Of a stretch of 64,000 bases of DNA, positions 13,425 to 28,307 are shown in pieces; position 1 is the first letter of the stretch, and the number at the start of each line of letters is the position of its first letter. Location of the stretch: NCBI RefSeq assembly GCF_002113885.1, contig NW_018406776.1, positions 215,208 through 279,207 on the forward strand, written 5' to 3'. This DNA comes from Mizuhopecten yessoensis. Its lineage: Eukaryota. The translations under genes were made by a program, and so were the position numbers. Under the pieces are notes generated by a model. The model saw nothing but the letters and a program-made list of their open reading frames with translations, was not told where the DNA came from and did no database searches.

Positions 13425-14639
13425 GAAAATATCGTATGATAAGATATTAGTTGATAATTGTTAACTCTAATAACTGTATTTTGAAAAATGCATATGAATT
13501 TTTCATGAAACTACCCAAACGAAATGATGTTTTGAACTGGGTTGACTATGTTAAAAATACGCTTTATAGCCTTGGTTTCGGTTATTCCACATTTTGGTAA
13601 ACTCCTCTAAGTGTCATCTATACAGATATTTAGTTAATGACATAGTTTTACAACATTATTTGACCAAATTTTTACCATTGAATAATGGAACTGTACTTAT
13701 AAAGATCAGATTATCAGATGCGTAGTTTATATATTGAGACAGGTCGATGTGACAATAAGGATAGGGTTGAATGACTATGTAAAGTCTGTCAATCTCGACA
13801 CTATATTGAAGATGGGTATTATTTATTTTTGCATGCCCTATTTATCAAGAAATTAAAAAGAGATTTATAAGAATTTATAATTGGAAAAAAAACATCGGTA
13901 TTTAACCTAGTTCAGCTTTGAAGTTATAGCATTAAATATTGTAAGCAAATACATATATGATGATATCAATTTAAGAATCATTAATGCTAAGTATACTGAT
14001 GTCCATTTTCTACTGAACTATGTGCAATGTCTCGCACAGCATGCTATTATTTTGTAATACTTATGTGTGTATGTTATACGGATGAGCTGTAAAGCTCAAC
14101 GAATAAAATAAAATAATTTTACTTTTGATTTTACCCATTATCCCGGGTCAGATCTAGCTTTAACCATTAGGTGGTCCTAACCATATTGCTTACCGTGTCT
14201 TGCCGAGCGTTGCGCTTGTTATTTTTTGTACGTCGTTGAAAGTACAAAATGATATATAAAAACCAAGCAAAGAACCACTATGTTACAATTGTAGTCAGGC
14301 TAATGTCATATCAGAGGGAGGCATAAATGTACTGTATGTCTGTAGGTAAATGTGGACGACTTGGAATAAATTTAATGTAAAAATAGTACAATAGGGCTAG
14401 ATAGTTTTGTGGAAATTATACAATGGCCTTGACATGGAGCTGATCAGTCACTTGTCATGTGATTGCTAAATGCAGAAAGACAATCCAAAAAACGTTAATA
14501 TATAAATCTTATTACCCGAAAATATATTCATTGTGTTATATATCTACTGCTAAGAAGATAAAATAAAAATGGGATTTGAGAACAAAAAGACAGAATATAC
14601 ATATAGCTGTTTGAAATTTCCTAAAATCCTGTATAAATA

Positions 14640-15300
14640 ACATAAACACCTGTATATTGACTAAATACCTACAGATTTACTTAAAACCTGTATATTTACT
14701 TAATACCTGTATATTTACTTAATACGTATACATTTATTTAATACATGTAGATTTACTTCATACCTGTAGATTTACAATTATAATGTACTTCATACCTGTA
14801 TATTTACTTAATACCTGTAGATTAACTTAATACTTGTAGATTTTTTTAACATCTCTAAATATACTAAATACCTGTATATGCACTAGATATCTATGGATAT
14901 ACTAAATGCCTGTATAATTCCTTAAAGCTTGAAGATGTACTAAATACAATGCACCCGTAGATATAAAAATGTACTGAATACTTGTAGATATAATAAATAC
15001 CTGCATATGTATGATACTACAAACCTGTATATGTACCTGATACCTGTCGATAATACTAAATACCTGTAGATTTCCTTAATACCTGTGAATGTACTAAAAC
15101 CTGTTTATGTATTTACTCCTATATGCCTAAAGCCGTACCCTATTTCCTAAATACCCGCAGCTGTAATCGAATTCCTTTCATATCCTTTTTTGGCATGAGA
15201 TTTCCCAGGCTGTATTAAATATCCTAAATACATACAGTTGTGTAATATACCTGCTGTTGTATAATCTTTTAAAAATAACCATAATTGTTGTATGTCTCCT
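14640..15300 (+). repeat. Degenerate minisatellite of about 20 bp (atacctgtatatttacttaa-like)
   Basis: Recurring acctgta...tactaaat/tacttaat motif that decays rightwards. Confidence 0.75.
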
Positions 15301-15949
15301 AAATATCAGTGACTTCATGAAACACATGCATTTGTATCATTTCTCCAAAAAATATCTTCCAGTATAAAATCTTCTAAATACATTAAGCTTCATTAGATTC
15401 TCTAAATAGAAAACCCCTTAATAACTGTAGCTGTATTAAAGAGAGGGGTATTTGACAGGGTGATATGGAACAAGGAATGTATTGGCTTCTCAATTACTTT
15501 CACGTGACTTTGCTTTCACTATAAATATCTTTAAAATTACTCTCTAATTAAAAAAAGTAAATTAACCATGATATACAGTTACATCAAACCGTTAACTAAG
15601 TATGCCGCGCTCTTTGTTTACTACCTGAGGTCTATCATATATGCCGATATCGTGTTAAACAGTAATTAGCGCTGCCTTTCAGATTCTATTTATTGCTTGT
15701 GGTCTGGTGGAAATATCACAGTAAAGGAAAAATTAACAACAGTCCCTATCTCTACTGGGGGAAAAAAGTGCCGATGGTGATAATTGAAGATAACTTGTAA
15801 ACTAACTTTCCTTTTCAGTATTGCAAAAGCTACTGACTTGCGATATTTTCCAATTATTATGAAAAGCCGTATGATAGACCAATTTATATATAAATATTAT
15901 TTAATGAAAATGTCTGTTACATTCTACATTGATATAACCGTGTTTGCTA

Positions 15950-18900
15950 TGACTACACCATTATATAGTGATATGCTCGTGTTTATAATGTTTGACACAT
16001 TTTATATAGATATGCTTGTGTTTGTAATGTTTGTCATATTTTATATAGATAAACTCGTGTTTGTAATGTTTGACACATTTTATATAGATATATTGGTGTT
16101 TGTAATATTTGACACATTTTATATAGATATACTCTTGTTTGTAATGTTTGTCATATTTTATATATATATATGCTCGTGTTTGTAATGTTTGTTACATTTT
16201 ATATAGATATGCTCGTGTTTGTAATGTTTGTCACATTTTATATAGATATGCTCGTGTTTGTAATGTTTGACACATTTTAAATAGATTTGCTTGTGTTTGT
16301 AATGTTTGACACATTTTATTTAGATATGCTCGTGTTTGTAATGTTTGTCACATTTTCTATAGATATGCTCGTGTTTGATTTATTGTTTGACACATTTTAT
16401 ATAGATATACTCGTGTTTGTAATGTTTGACACATTTTATATAGATATGCTCGTGTTTGTAATGTTTGTCACATTTTATTTAGATATGCTCATGTTTGTAA
16501 TGTTTGTCACATTTTATATAGATATACTCGTGTTTGTAAGGTTTGTCACAATGTATATAGATATGCTCGTGTTTGTAATGTTTGTCACATTTCATATAGA
16601 TATGCTCGTGTTTGTAATGTTTGACATATTTTATATAGGTATGCTCGTGATTTTATTGTTTGACACATTTTATATAGATATGCTCGTGTTTGTAATGTTT
16701 GACACATTTTATTTAGATATGCTCGTGTTTGTAATGTTTGTCACATTTTATATAGATAAACTCGTGTTTGTAATGTTTGTCACATTTCATACAGATATAC
16801 TTGTGTTTGTAATGTTTGACACATTTTATATAGATATGCTCGTGTTGGTAATGTTTGTCACATTTTATATAGATAAACTCGTGTTTGTAATGTTTGTCAC
16901 ATTTCATACAGATATGCTCGTGTTTGTAATGTTTGACACATTTTATATAGATATGCTCGTGTTTGTAATGTTTGACAAATTTTATTTAGATATACTCGTG
17001 TTTGTAATGTTTGTCACATTTTATATAGATATGCTTGTGTTTGTAATGTTTGACACATTTTATACAGATATGCTCGTGTTTGTAGTGTTGGACACATTTT
17101 ATTTAGATATGCTTGTGTTTGTAATGTTTGACACACTTTATATAGATATTCTTGTGTTTGTTATGTTTGACACATTTTATATAGATATTCTTGTTTTTGT
17201 AATGTTTGACACATTTTATATGGATATGCTTGTGTTTGTAATGTTTGACGCATTTTATATAGATATGCTCGTGTTTGATTTATTTTCCACATTTTATATA
17301 GATATACTCGTGTTTGCAATGTTTGTCACATTTTATATAGATATACTCGTGTTGGTAATGTTTGTCACATTTAATATAGATATGCTCGTGTTTGTAATGT
17401 GTGTCACATTTCATACAGATATGCTCATGTTTGTAATGTTTGACAAGATATACTCGTGTTTGTAATGTTTGTAACATTTTATATAGATAAACTCGTGTTT
17501 GTAATGTGTGTCACATTTCATACAGATATGCTCATGTTTGTAATGTTTGTTTATATAGATAAACTCGTGTTTGTAATCTTTGTCACATTTCATACAGATA
17601 TGCTCATGTTTGTAATGTTTGACACATTTTATACAGATATGCTCGTGTTTGTAATGTTTGTCACATTTCATACAGATATGCTCATGTTTGTAATGTTTGA
17701 CACATTTTATACAGATATGCTCGTGTTTGTAGTGTTGGACACATTTTATTTAGATATGCTTGTGTTTGTAATGTTTGACACACTTTATATAGATATTCTT
17801 GTGTTTGTTATGTTTGACACATTTTATATAGATATTCTTGTGGTTGTAATGTTTGACACATTTTATATGGATATGCTTGTGTTTGTAATGTTTGACACAC
17901 TTTATATAGATATTCTTGTGTTTGTAATGTTTGGCACATTTTATATAGATATTCTTGTGGTTGTAATGTTTGACACATTTTATATAGATACACTCGTGTT
18001 TGTAATGTTTGTCACATTTCATACAGATATGCTCATGTTTGTAATGTTTGTCACATTTTATTTAGATATGCTCATGTTTGTAATGTTTGTTTATATAGAT
18101 AAACTCGTGTTTGTAATGTGTGTCACATTTCATACAGATATGCTCATGTTTGTAATGTTTGACACATTTTAAATAGATTTGCTTGTGTTTGTAATGTTTG
18201 ACACACTTTATATAGATATTCTTGTGTTTGTAATTTTTGACACATTTTATATAGATATTCTTTTGTTTGTAATGTTTTACACATTTTATATAGATATTCT
18301 TTTGTTTGTAATGTTTTACACATTTTATATAGATATTCTTGTTTTTGTAATGTTTGACACATTTTATATGGATATGCTTGTGTTTGTAATGTTTGACGCA
18401 TTTTATATAGATATGCTCGTGTTTGAAATGTTTGTCACATTTTATATAGATATACTCGTGATTGTAATGTTTGACACATTTTATATGGATATGCTTGTGT
18501 TTGTAATGTTTGGCACATTTTATTTAGAATGCTCGTGTTTGTAATGTTTGACATATTTTATATAGATAAGCTTGTGTTTGTAATGTTTGATACATTTTAT
18601 ATAGATATGCTTGTGTCTGTAATGTTTGACACATTTTATATAGATATTTTTGTGTTTGTAATGTTTGAAACATTTTATATAGATATGCTCGTGTTTGATT
18701 TATTTTCCACATTTTAAATAGATATACTCGTGTTTGAAATATTTTCCATATTTTATATGGATATGCTCGTGTTTGTAATGTTTGGCACATTTTATTTAGA
18801 TATGCTCATGTTTGTAATGTTTGTCACATTTTATTTAGATATGCTCATGTTTGTAATGTTTGTTTATATAGATAAACTCGTGTTTGTAATCTTTGTCACA

Positions 18901-19820
18901 TTTCATACAGATATGCTCATGTTTGTAATGTTTGTTTATATAGATAAACTCGTGTTTGTAATGTTTGTCACATTTCATACAGATATGCTCATGTTTGTAA
19001 TGTTTGACACAATGTATATAGATATGCTCGTGTTTGTAATGTTTGACACATTTTATATAGATATACTCGTGTTTGTAATGTTTGACACATTTTATATAGA
19101 TATGCTTGTGTTTGTAATGTTTGGCACATTTTATTTAGATATGCTCATGTTTGTAATGTTTGTCACATTTTATATAGATAAACTCGTGTTTGTAATGTTT
19201 GTCACATTTTATATAGATATGCTCGTGTTTGTATTGTTTGACACATTTTATATAGATATGCTCGTGTTTGATTTATTTTCCACATTTTATATAGATATAC
19301 TCGTGTTTGAAATATTTTCCATATTTTATATGGATATGCTCGTGTTTGTAATGTTTGACACATTTTATAAACATATGCTCGTGTTTATAATGTTTGACAT
19401 ATTTTATAAAGATATGCTCTTTTTTGCAATGTTTTCAACATTTTATATACATTGTAGATATGCTCGTGTTTGTAATGTTTGACATATTTTATATAGGTAT
19501 GCTCGTGTTTTTATTGTTTTCCACATTTTATATAGATATGCTCGTGTTTGTATTGTTTTCCACATTTTGTATAGATTTGCTCGTGTTTGTTATGTTTGAC
19601 ATATTTTATATACATATGGCAGTAGTTTTTTTGTTTTTTCAGATTTTATATTGATATGCTAGTGGATATTTTCATGCCTATAAAAACAAGTAGATTTGCT
19701 TACGTCTGTTATATTTTATATAGATATGCTATAGCTTGTAATGTCTGAACTGTTTTGTAGATATGTTTGTGTCTTTCATATTGTGTATATATATGCTCAT
19801 GTTTGTAATTTCTGTCACAT
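15950..19820 (+). repeat. 39-bp tandem satellite (about 95 units) with duplicated multi-unit blocks
   Basis: Unit atatagatatgctcgtgtttgtaatgtttgacacatttt. 13-aa periodic pseudo-ORFs (DMLVFVMFDTFYI). Both edges are degenerate. Confidence 0.97.
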
Positions 19821-22800
19821 ATGTTAATGAACAAAGGGAAACATACGATGGAAGTCTATGAACTATTCAACTCTATCCATATATTGACTTATAGACAGTA
19901 GTATAGATAGCACATGTGATAAGAAGCATTCCCCATATAAGATAAAATCAGTCCACAGGGACCAATGAAGTGTTCCCTAGAGTCTAGCAGCAAATACAGA
20001 CATCGTCCAACCCAAGCAATCTAAGCCCAATCATACATATCTGTGGTCAAATGCTGATAAGTTCAAATATTGATGCTTTTGAACGAATCCTCTCGAGCAA
20101 AAGCATCACCTGCTGACAAGTGCTAATCAAGCAAAACGCAGACTTTAAAATATACTCATCGCCAGTCATTTCCTGAGAGAAACATGATGCAACAAAAATA
20201 TCTTTTAATTTGTGTGTAACCAGAACTGTCGATAATGTAACCAGAGCTGTCCTTATACGGACTTGAAACTATTTTATATGCAATATTGAGGCAATTTTAT
20301 TAAAGTTGTTCTGTCTTCCGTTCTTTTAAATCTCTCATAAAAAACAACGTGCCATTTCTACTTGATCTAGCGTGTATCAATTCATTATACTTTATAATTG
20401 ACTGCATTCGTGGCAATCATTGCAGCCAGAAGCAATAGAGCATTTTTATAAAATCGTGTTTAAGAAATAAAATGTTTTATACGGATGATAAAAACGACTT
20501 GAATTGCAACTGTCGGCTCTGAACAATGTATGTTTAATTGGAGGATAGGAAGTTCATCGCAAACCTTAAGCATTATATAAAAAAATGTCGTGGATTTGCT
20601 AACGGGATGTGCTTAACTTACCAAGTGAAATAGTATAAAATTATACATAGCGTGAAAACACAAGGGAAAATCTGGTCGATTTGTACTAACAAGGACATGA
20701 AATGCAGAAACATCACACGAAAAGAAAGTTTTCGTGAGCTCGCAAGGACAATGGGCGATACAAAACGAGAGGTCCTGGAAAAGTTAACCATTTATATCTG
20801 GCACCAAGTGTCATGTCTCTTGACAAGTTAAGTACAGTATGTCACACATCAGCACGTTTTATATAGTAAATATGTTTAAAATGACGATAGCAATTCATTT
20901 CACAATTAACCAATACGTACTTTTTCAAAATGTTAGCCAATAACCACATTCGATCAATGTTATAACGTTATTAGTTTTGCATATCTTGTACGATTGATAA
21001 TTATGACAAGTGTGGTTAAGTTGAATTAGAAACTTCAATTTGTAATTATTGTTGGTAAACACACATTTTTTATTCGCTGTATTTAACGGACTTTTATTCA
21101 TTAAGACCAATGGTAACATTGCAAAGCTATCTACAAAGTGTACCATAACGGTATCAGTGAACATCTCAACATTGATTGGCATGAATTGATTAATTAATTG
21201 TCATTTCCGTATGATACTCCGATATGTATAAATAATGTTCCCACCATTGCTAAGAGATATTTTTCCATTCAAAGCACTATGTAAGTAATAATAACGACAC
21301 CACAGCGGAAACCACGTTTTATTTCAACCGAACAGCGGACAGTAGACGTCGACGTCAATTGCGCTATAGCACATGGATGTTAGTATGGCACGTTGTTATC
21401 CCATCACAGACCGTTACGTCACAGCCAATCGGTTGCTGTCAATCATATTCCGACCCTTCACAGGTAGTCATGTTGCTATCCTCTCACAGACAGTTACGTG
21501 GTAAACTGTTATACTGTCATACGATGCCGTGTATTGTGGACAGGACTGACTTGTCTGCTTTCGTAATGATATTTTTTTTTTTTATTTCACCTGTTAAATG
21601 GGATTGGAGTGTCGTGAGAAAAAAGAAATAAAACTGAATTAAGGTTATTTTGAAAACTTTGTCTTTCTTCAAAAATAGATACCAGTGATTTTAGATAACT
21701 GTTTCTTAATCACACGGAATGCTACTCACTTACATTTACGTAAGCATTAGGGAATGACTCCTTCCCACCTCTTCAGTCACGTATACTTTCATATTAACTG
21801 TTATATATATACTCTGTTGTTCTCAAACTTACTCAAATATTCGATGAGAATATTCATGATGTCTATCGGATAACTGTTTAGATCACCATACATTGTTGTA
21901 ATGTTTCAAATATAGTTATTTACCATGCAAATTCACGCGGTTTGGTTCTGCACTTATCGTTAAATAAGCAGTGAGAACGGTGAATGTGAAGGACATGCAT
22001 TGAATTGTATTCGCTTGGACTCGTTTTGCTAGTTAATCCGTGTTATCAGGCGGACAATCTTCCCTACAGAGATGGTGTATGTAACTCGTGTACCACGATT
22101 CAAATCATATCAAAGAAACATCTTAAAATCAACCCTAGTATTGATGGCGAACAGTGAAATGAAGACATTAACATGAATTACAATGACCTCAAGTATGGTA
22201 CACCGATCTGATCTTTAAAACAATCGCACTAGCAATCGTGTCAGGGTGCAAAACTGTTATATGTTTCTACTTTTTGAGCTTTTTGATTTTAGCCGTAACA
22301 AAGCATTAACTTCCCGACATGACATTCCACTGTTTAGAAGTAGGAAAAACGAAAACAATTATGATGCACCATTATTAGTCTCTAGTTTGTGCTCATCATT
22401 ATGTTTATGCACGTTTTCGCTTTGTAGCTGCGAAAGAGGGCCTTTTAATAAAATAAATAAGCATTTTTCGCTGCTTGTTTTTATGGCCAGTCACCTACCT
22501 CATACAACAAAAATGGCGTCATTGAATTAAACTTGTTGAATTGAAACATATTTGATTTTGATATATACATACGTACAGACAGCAAAGCGATTTTGCACAA
22601 GTTAGGTTATCAGAAAAAGTCCTTTCCCTAAGCTAAATAATAGTACATGCATAAGAAACAAGTAAGGGCATTCCGGTACATATATGTGTGCTTTTTTTTG
22701 GCCATTCCGATATATAACCAAATACACTGGAATATATAGAATGCAATTTGGAAATGGAATTGTTTTTTGCCATACATTTATTTAGTTATTCAGTGTCCCG

Positions 22801-25800
22801 CATATCCTAGCACCTTTAACCATTACACACGTAGCAGGTGTATGTCGTAGAGAAAGTACATTCTGATTCCTAGATAACCCTTTGAACTAACTTGGAAAAA
22901 CGGGCACTCTGGCGGTGGTGGCTAACAGTGTTATGCTTTGTTCATCGTTTGTTATTTGATTAAAAAAGAAGGACGGCTGGACTAACACGTTCGCGAAATA
23001 GATCGCCTTCACATTTATCTTTCCTCCTAACTATTTACCTGCATTTAATACCTTTATAAAGACTACCCATCCAGAAAAATAACATATCAAGGTGTAAAAT
23101 AGTGCAAAAACCACGGCAAACAAATGACCAAAGTTTCCGTTAATATTTCAAAATTTATAATGAAGCATTGTTTGCATTTTTCGGAGTTTTTTCCTTAGCT
23201 AGAAAGCCTTCTCAACTTGTCCACCATGATGCAATGAACATTGATATGAAATGGAAATCAATACAAGTACCTTTTCTATATGCATAACATTAGCATGATA
23301 TACAACATGATACATGTAGGAGATCTAATATCATACGATATGCGCAAATGCAGTATTATATATCACGCAGGAAATGACAATTTCTTACATCATCGCTATG
23401 AAATAGTTATCACCTCCAAGCGTTTGTAAAAACAATGGGATCAGATGGAGACACTTTCTGTTGGATTAGAGCAAACAGGCACACATATGCTGTGCGGTGG
23501 TACACTTATATCATCAATGTTCCTCCAACTGGAACGGAATTGTAATTATTTAATGCTTTTATTTAGAGTTTGTTAATTAAAACAGAGAAGTCCGATAGCA
23601 ATTTGGGAAATATTGTTTTCATCGACAGATGTTGCTATGATTGCACAAACATCGCATCTTATACAATAGCTATTCATTTTCAGTAAAACGACAATGAATT
23701 GTAAAAACAAGTCTACATAAATTTTTATCAGAATTTAGATTCCAATTTGCAGCATCAGTCGGCGGTATTCCAGTGAGAGATGGTGTTCAATAGAAACAGT
23801 GTAAATAGACACTGGGAATTAAATCAGTAACGTGGGCCTCACTATCACACCAATTAAACCGTGTCTTACAGATCCAATCTATATCATAGGAATAATGTTA
23901 CCGTGACAGGTTTAATTCAATCCTAGACAGACTTATCGTGTAACTCTCTGGGTTTTTTAGCCCCAGGTTATCACTTAAATTTTAACGTAACATTTAACAT
24001 GAATCGTTACACACGCAAAGTGTTAAAGCACTCACTTTAAATGTCACGTTCATATATAGATTGAAACTTTCTTTTTTACCAATATTTTAGTAGTATAAAT
24101 ATGATAATATTATTTAATAGTGGAGTCAAGAATGTCTTTGGGCTCATAGCGATACAAGAGATTGTTTTAAACGACTATGTATGGTGTGTGCCCTTTATTG
24201 CCTTTTATTCCCCCTTAATCCACCAAAGACAAAACATTTTGTTGAATTTTCAAATTCATGGATTTGTTTTTTTTCATATTCTGAATATTGAATATTTCTC
24301 CAATTCTATTATTGAAATTATCGAAGAAGAGGGATTCGACAATTTAAAAGACTTAATATAATTTCGGAATTTTGATGATTTTAGGGCCAAAAAAGTCCAA
24401 ACAATATACAGTCCTTTTCATTTGTATATTAGCATTTGTGTTGTAAGTTGATAGTGCTAACTGACGAAACGAAAACGTACAATTACATCAATGGAATAAA
24501 ATAAGACAGATGAAAGGTCTGTTGTAATGACATTTGTATTAAAATTATCAACACTACCATGTGTAGGAGTGTTGTTCACAGTTGAAATCGCTTTACCGAC
24601 TATACAAACTAATTGAACGGCATTTTTAATTGTCGCGTCGGTATGACTTTTCATGACTAATGAATGGAGGATTTCAAACTAGTTTCCATCACATGTTAAT
24701 TCCATTACAGGAACCTCAGAAAACATTACCAGGAGTCAAATGGAATGGGCAAGAGTTTGAAGTTTTGTTTATCATTTGATGTACCATTAACTGTTTCTGT
24801 ACGATCGTTGGAGCCTATGGTAAGTTTAGTTTTCGCAATTATTTTCTTCGAGAATGATCCGTACGTACTTTATGTATCCAGAAAGCCTAAACCTGAATTG
24901 TTCTCTAAGCAGAAAAATACATTTTGTTCGAATTCAGCAATGCAATATTCATCTGCCATTTTTACTCAGTTTTGAAGATTTAACAAACTACCAAATTGTC
25001 ATAACATCAGTAAGATATATAATTCATGAATTTCACATATACTGAATAGTTCGATAAAATTACATTAAGTAACTTAATTACACTGCCCATAGGATTGAGC
25101 GTTTTTTCTTTGGGGTTGTTTATGCGGATGAAAAGAATTAACAACTGAATACCCGTGCCAATGGTCATCGATACAAGATTAATCACAATGATAATTGAGT
25201 TATCTGTCTATACAATATTTCAGTTTACTGATGATATCCGTGAAAAAATCCATGGGAAACATAGTCCCAGGCTTCCAACAGCCCCAGTCAAAGCACTCCT
25301 ATGGCTGATTAGGGAATACGTACTACAAGGTACCACGTAAACGATAATTGAGCACTGCATGTTTGTATGAATGTAATTAAATATTGATAGTGCTTATCAT
25401 GTGTATTGTCCTGCTCTTTGATGAAATACAATATATAAACAAGTGAACCAAACCAGCAGTACAAAAGGACACAATCTGAACTCGAAATTGATAGAAAAAA
25501 TAATAAGGTATATTCACGTGAGTACAGCCATCAGCATCGGGATTATACGGCTTCAGTGACTAGAATATCATTTGACTGCTAACTGGAACATCTAAAGATA
25601 ATACAGATAATTTTGCAAGGAGATAAGTCATAATGAAAACGCATAATGACTAATTCACATGTATCCGTACATTTAAGTCAAATGTTCGGCAATTCGTTAA
25701 GCTCAGTTTTGCTATTCATAAAATAGACGCAATTAACATCGGTTATAGTGCAAACAAATCGCCAATGACAATAAGCAAAGCAAGCAAGACTGACTAAATG

Positions 25801-27369
25801 TATAAAAATACAATTCGTTTGTGATTTTGCCTGTGCACTGTACAAAACAGGTTAAGATATACTCATGCTTGTGCACTCAGCCTTCATGATCAATTGCAAT
25901 ATTCTCTATGAAAATACATATCACCATTCTGGACATTTGAAGCATGTTCTTACAATTCTCTCGATGACAGTCACTTCATTGGCACATCGGGAATACATTT
26001 TTTCCAATATTTTCAAGTGAAATGATGAGCCTAAATTAGATTTCTGACACTGATGTCCCCGGATTGAATGGCAGGTTGCAGGTTGTACTGGCTGAAAAGA
26101 GCTTCGGCCAACATTATACAACCTCATCCTCTTTTTTTTCACAATATAATAATGGCATTTTGTCCTTAGAAAGAAGGTAATTTAATATTACAAGCATCGG
26201 ATACATTCCAGTGCCCTTTTATAATTGAAAGATAAAACAGAGTTATCTTTTTCATCAAATACTATATCTTGTAATTTACATGCACTTTGTTGTGAATACC
26301 CTTTCCTAAACAGTACCATGCAAGCGTCAACTTCTAAACAGTTTTATGTCATCCTTCCCGACTCAAGCGTGATTTCATTGTGATTACTTAATCCTAATTT
26401 TCTACCCGTTGTTTCGGAAATTTCAAGGTGGTCATCATAACCTAGATTCGAACAGTGGAATGATTGCGTATTTTCTAAATGTATGTTATCTGTATGTTAG
26501 ATGGTTTGCGAAAAACACAATAAGTGCAATCCACGACAATTTGCCAGAGGCGCTGATGAAGATTAGTCTGGATGAGTTCCAGCAGGCTGAAATTGAATTC
26601 CAAGTCAGAAAAGGAAAAAAGAATGAACAAATCGGAGCACTTCTTCTTTGGAGATATAACACCAGAGCAAAATTGAACCCATTCTCTTATTTCAAACTAC
26701 TTGTAAAAAAAAATCCAGCTTACAGCTTGCACATCATAGAAAGGACATTTATGATGGTAGGGGTCCGTTGTCAGCAGTCACTAAATCAAGTCGGGAAGAT
26801 CAAGTGCATCCATCATGATTCATCACCACAGACTCCTGCAAGACATGGACCGTCTTTGTAGGAGATATAACACCGAGCGCTGGCACATCCTACATAAACA
26901 CGTGTGTGTGTGTGTTTTTTTAAATTTGTATGCGCTATAAAAAATGCGCATATTCCTATTTGTTTATGTGTAGAATCTTTTTTTTAATATAAATATTAAA
27001 ATGTATACTGTATTAGGTCTCATTATTCCGCTAACGTCGATTTAATAATGTAACCTTTGATTAGTTGTTAACATAGGTGTTTTTGTAAGGAACATGCTTT
27101 TTATTGCTATGAAGTCTGTGTGACAGGTCGTTTCGTCAAAAGACTTGAAGTGATGGGCCCTAACATGTACATATCTACAAGGTAAACGGCTATGTAAAAG
27201 GTGTAAACGAGGTCGGTTTGTACAGAGGGAGTCTGCTGTAGGACTGAATCAACAAGTCTGGACACAGTGCTAAGATCTGTTTGGCATTGGATTCTATGAA
27301 AATGTAATTACCACGTACCTTCCCTGACACCACTATCATGCGAGAATACGGAGTCGACACTTGAACGCA

Positions 27370-27460
27370 GTGTACGTCACTCTGCTGTTAGCACGACCGG
27401 GCGGCGGGACGTTCATTTATCCGATCGGACCAATCTCGTCAATTTGTCTTCGCTATAATG
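27370..27460 (+). promoter_or_regulatory. Possible GPCR proximal promoter elements
   Basis: Local CpG-rich patch with half-CRE ACGTCA (27374), GC box GGGCGG (27399-27404) and CCAAT (27430-27434), about 0.9 kb upstream of the ATG. Motif evidence only. Confidence 0.2.
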
Positions 27461-28202
27461 TCACATCTGATAGCGTTCTACTGCCTTCGAATGTCAGCAT
27501 CCACTCAGAATCACGCACTCACTTTCATTCGGAAATTGCCCACTCTGTAAGAAGCTGGAATTTTGTAAAAAGGCTACAAGGCCAACGTTGGAAATAGAAT
27601 ATAACATAGAAGACATTTATCAGTGGATGTCGTAACTGGACCCTATTATCGATGAAGTAATAACTTTCAGGAAACTTAAATGTGTAAAATACGCGAAATC
27701 TTAATAGCTGTGCGCATTGGTTATTGGAGTGTCGCAAGCGGGAGGCAATATTAGCCCCATTTCTATCAATTGTGCTGCTTTGTAGGCAAGGGATCGATAA
27801 GTAATGTTTATAACTATCAAAGCAATACAACATTGCTATCTATCTCCATTTAGGACCGTTAACAATTAATGACTCTATGTACAGCATGTATCATTCAACT
27901 TTTTAAACCTTCCGTTGAGTAGAAGGACGTCAAATCGGTCTCTATTAGCGGTTGTCGGCACCGCCTCGGTGTTCATTGCTCGGGATAGACGTTTTACGAT
28001 AGGTGTTGACTACACATGGTAAAGATAATGTTCGCTGTCGTCCAACTGTCAATAGCCTGATTTGAAGTAGCGAATTGCTTTCCGTTGCGTGTGATATTGG
28101 AACTTGTTACATAACACCAGCAATGTACCACGTGAATGAGTTCAGTACAGTCATACCTGTTTTGGGAAACTATTTATTTTTCACTTCTAAACTCGAATCA
28201 CG

Positions 28203-28287
28203 GTAAGTTGAAAGTAACATGAGAAATAGGAAATAGATCGCGCATATTATTTATTTGTTTATTTCATTTTTTCTTTTTATTCTAAAG
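28203..28287 (+). other. Candidate 85-nt 5'-UTR intron of the GPCR
   Basis: Donor cg|GTAAGT at 28203. Long pyrimidine tract ending taaAG at 28287, 20 nt before the ATG. Confidence 0.45.
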
Positions 28288-28307
28288 TAAATTCTTTTGC
28301 ATGAACA

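Larger units (their letters stand above)
11800..14117 (+). mobile_element. Heavily decayed CR1/L2-group LINE carrying nested insertions
   Basis: DDLFGFRPGLSTVNDIFVLHAII and YCCFVDF near 12040-12160. LQNMLDNL...WTLTVNVEITKIIVFRKNG at 12442-12666. ELGRFP near 12975. AATAAA-repeat tail near 14102-14117. The 5' boundary is approximate. Confidence 0.75.

Noticed and set aside
16287-19482. Long hydrophobic ORFs (392, 238, 250 aa) resembling membrane proteins
   Set aside because: They are translations of the 39-bp satellite, interrupted by frameshifts and lacking gene structure.
24450-25000. Possible very old minus-strand LINE RT remnant
   Set aside because: Only faint motif echoes; not supportable by eye.
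26409-26861. 150-aa ORF upstream of the GPCR
   Set aside because: No recognisable motif, a non-ATG start and no splice support.
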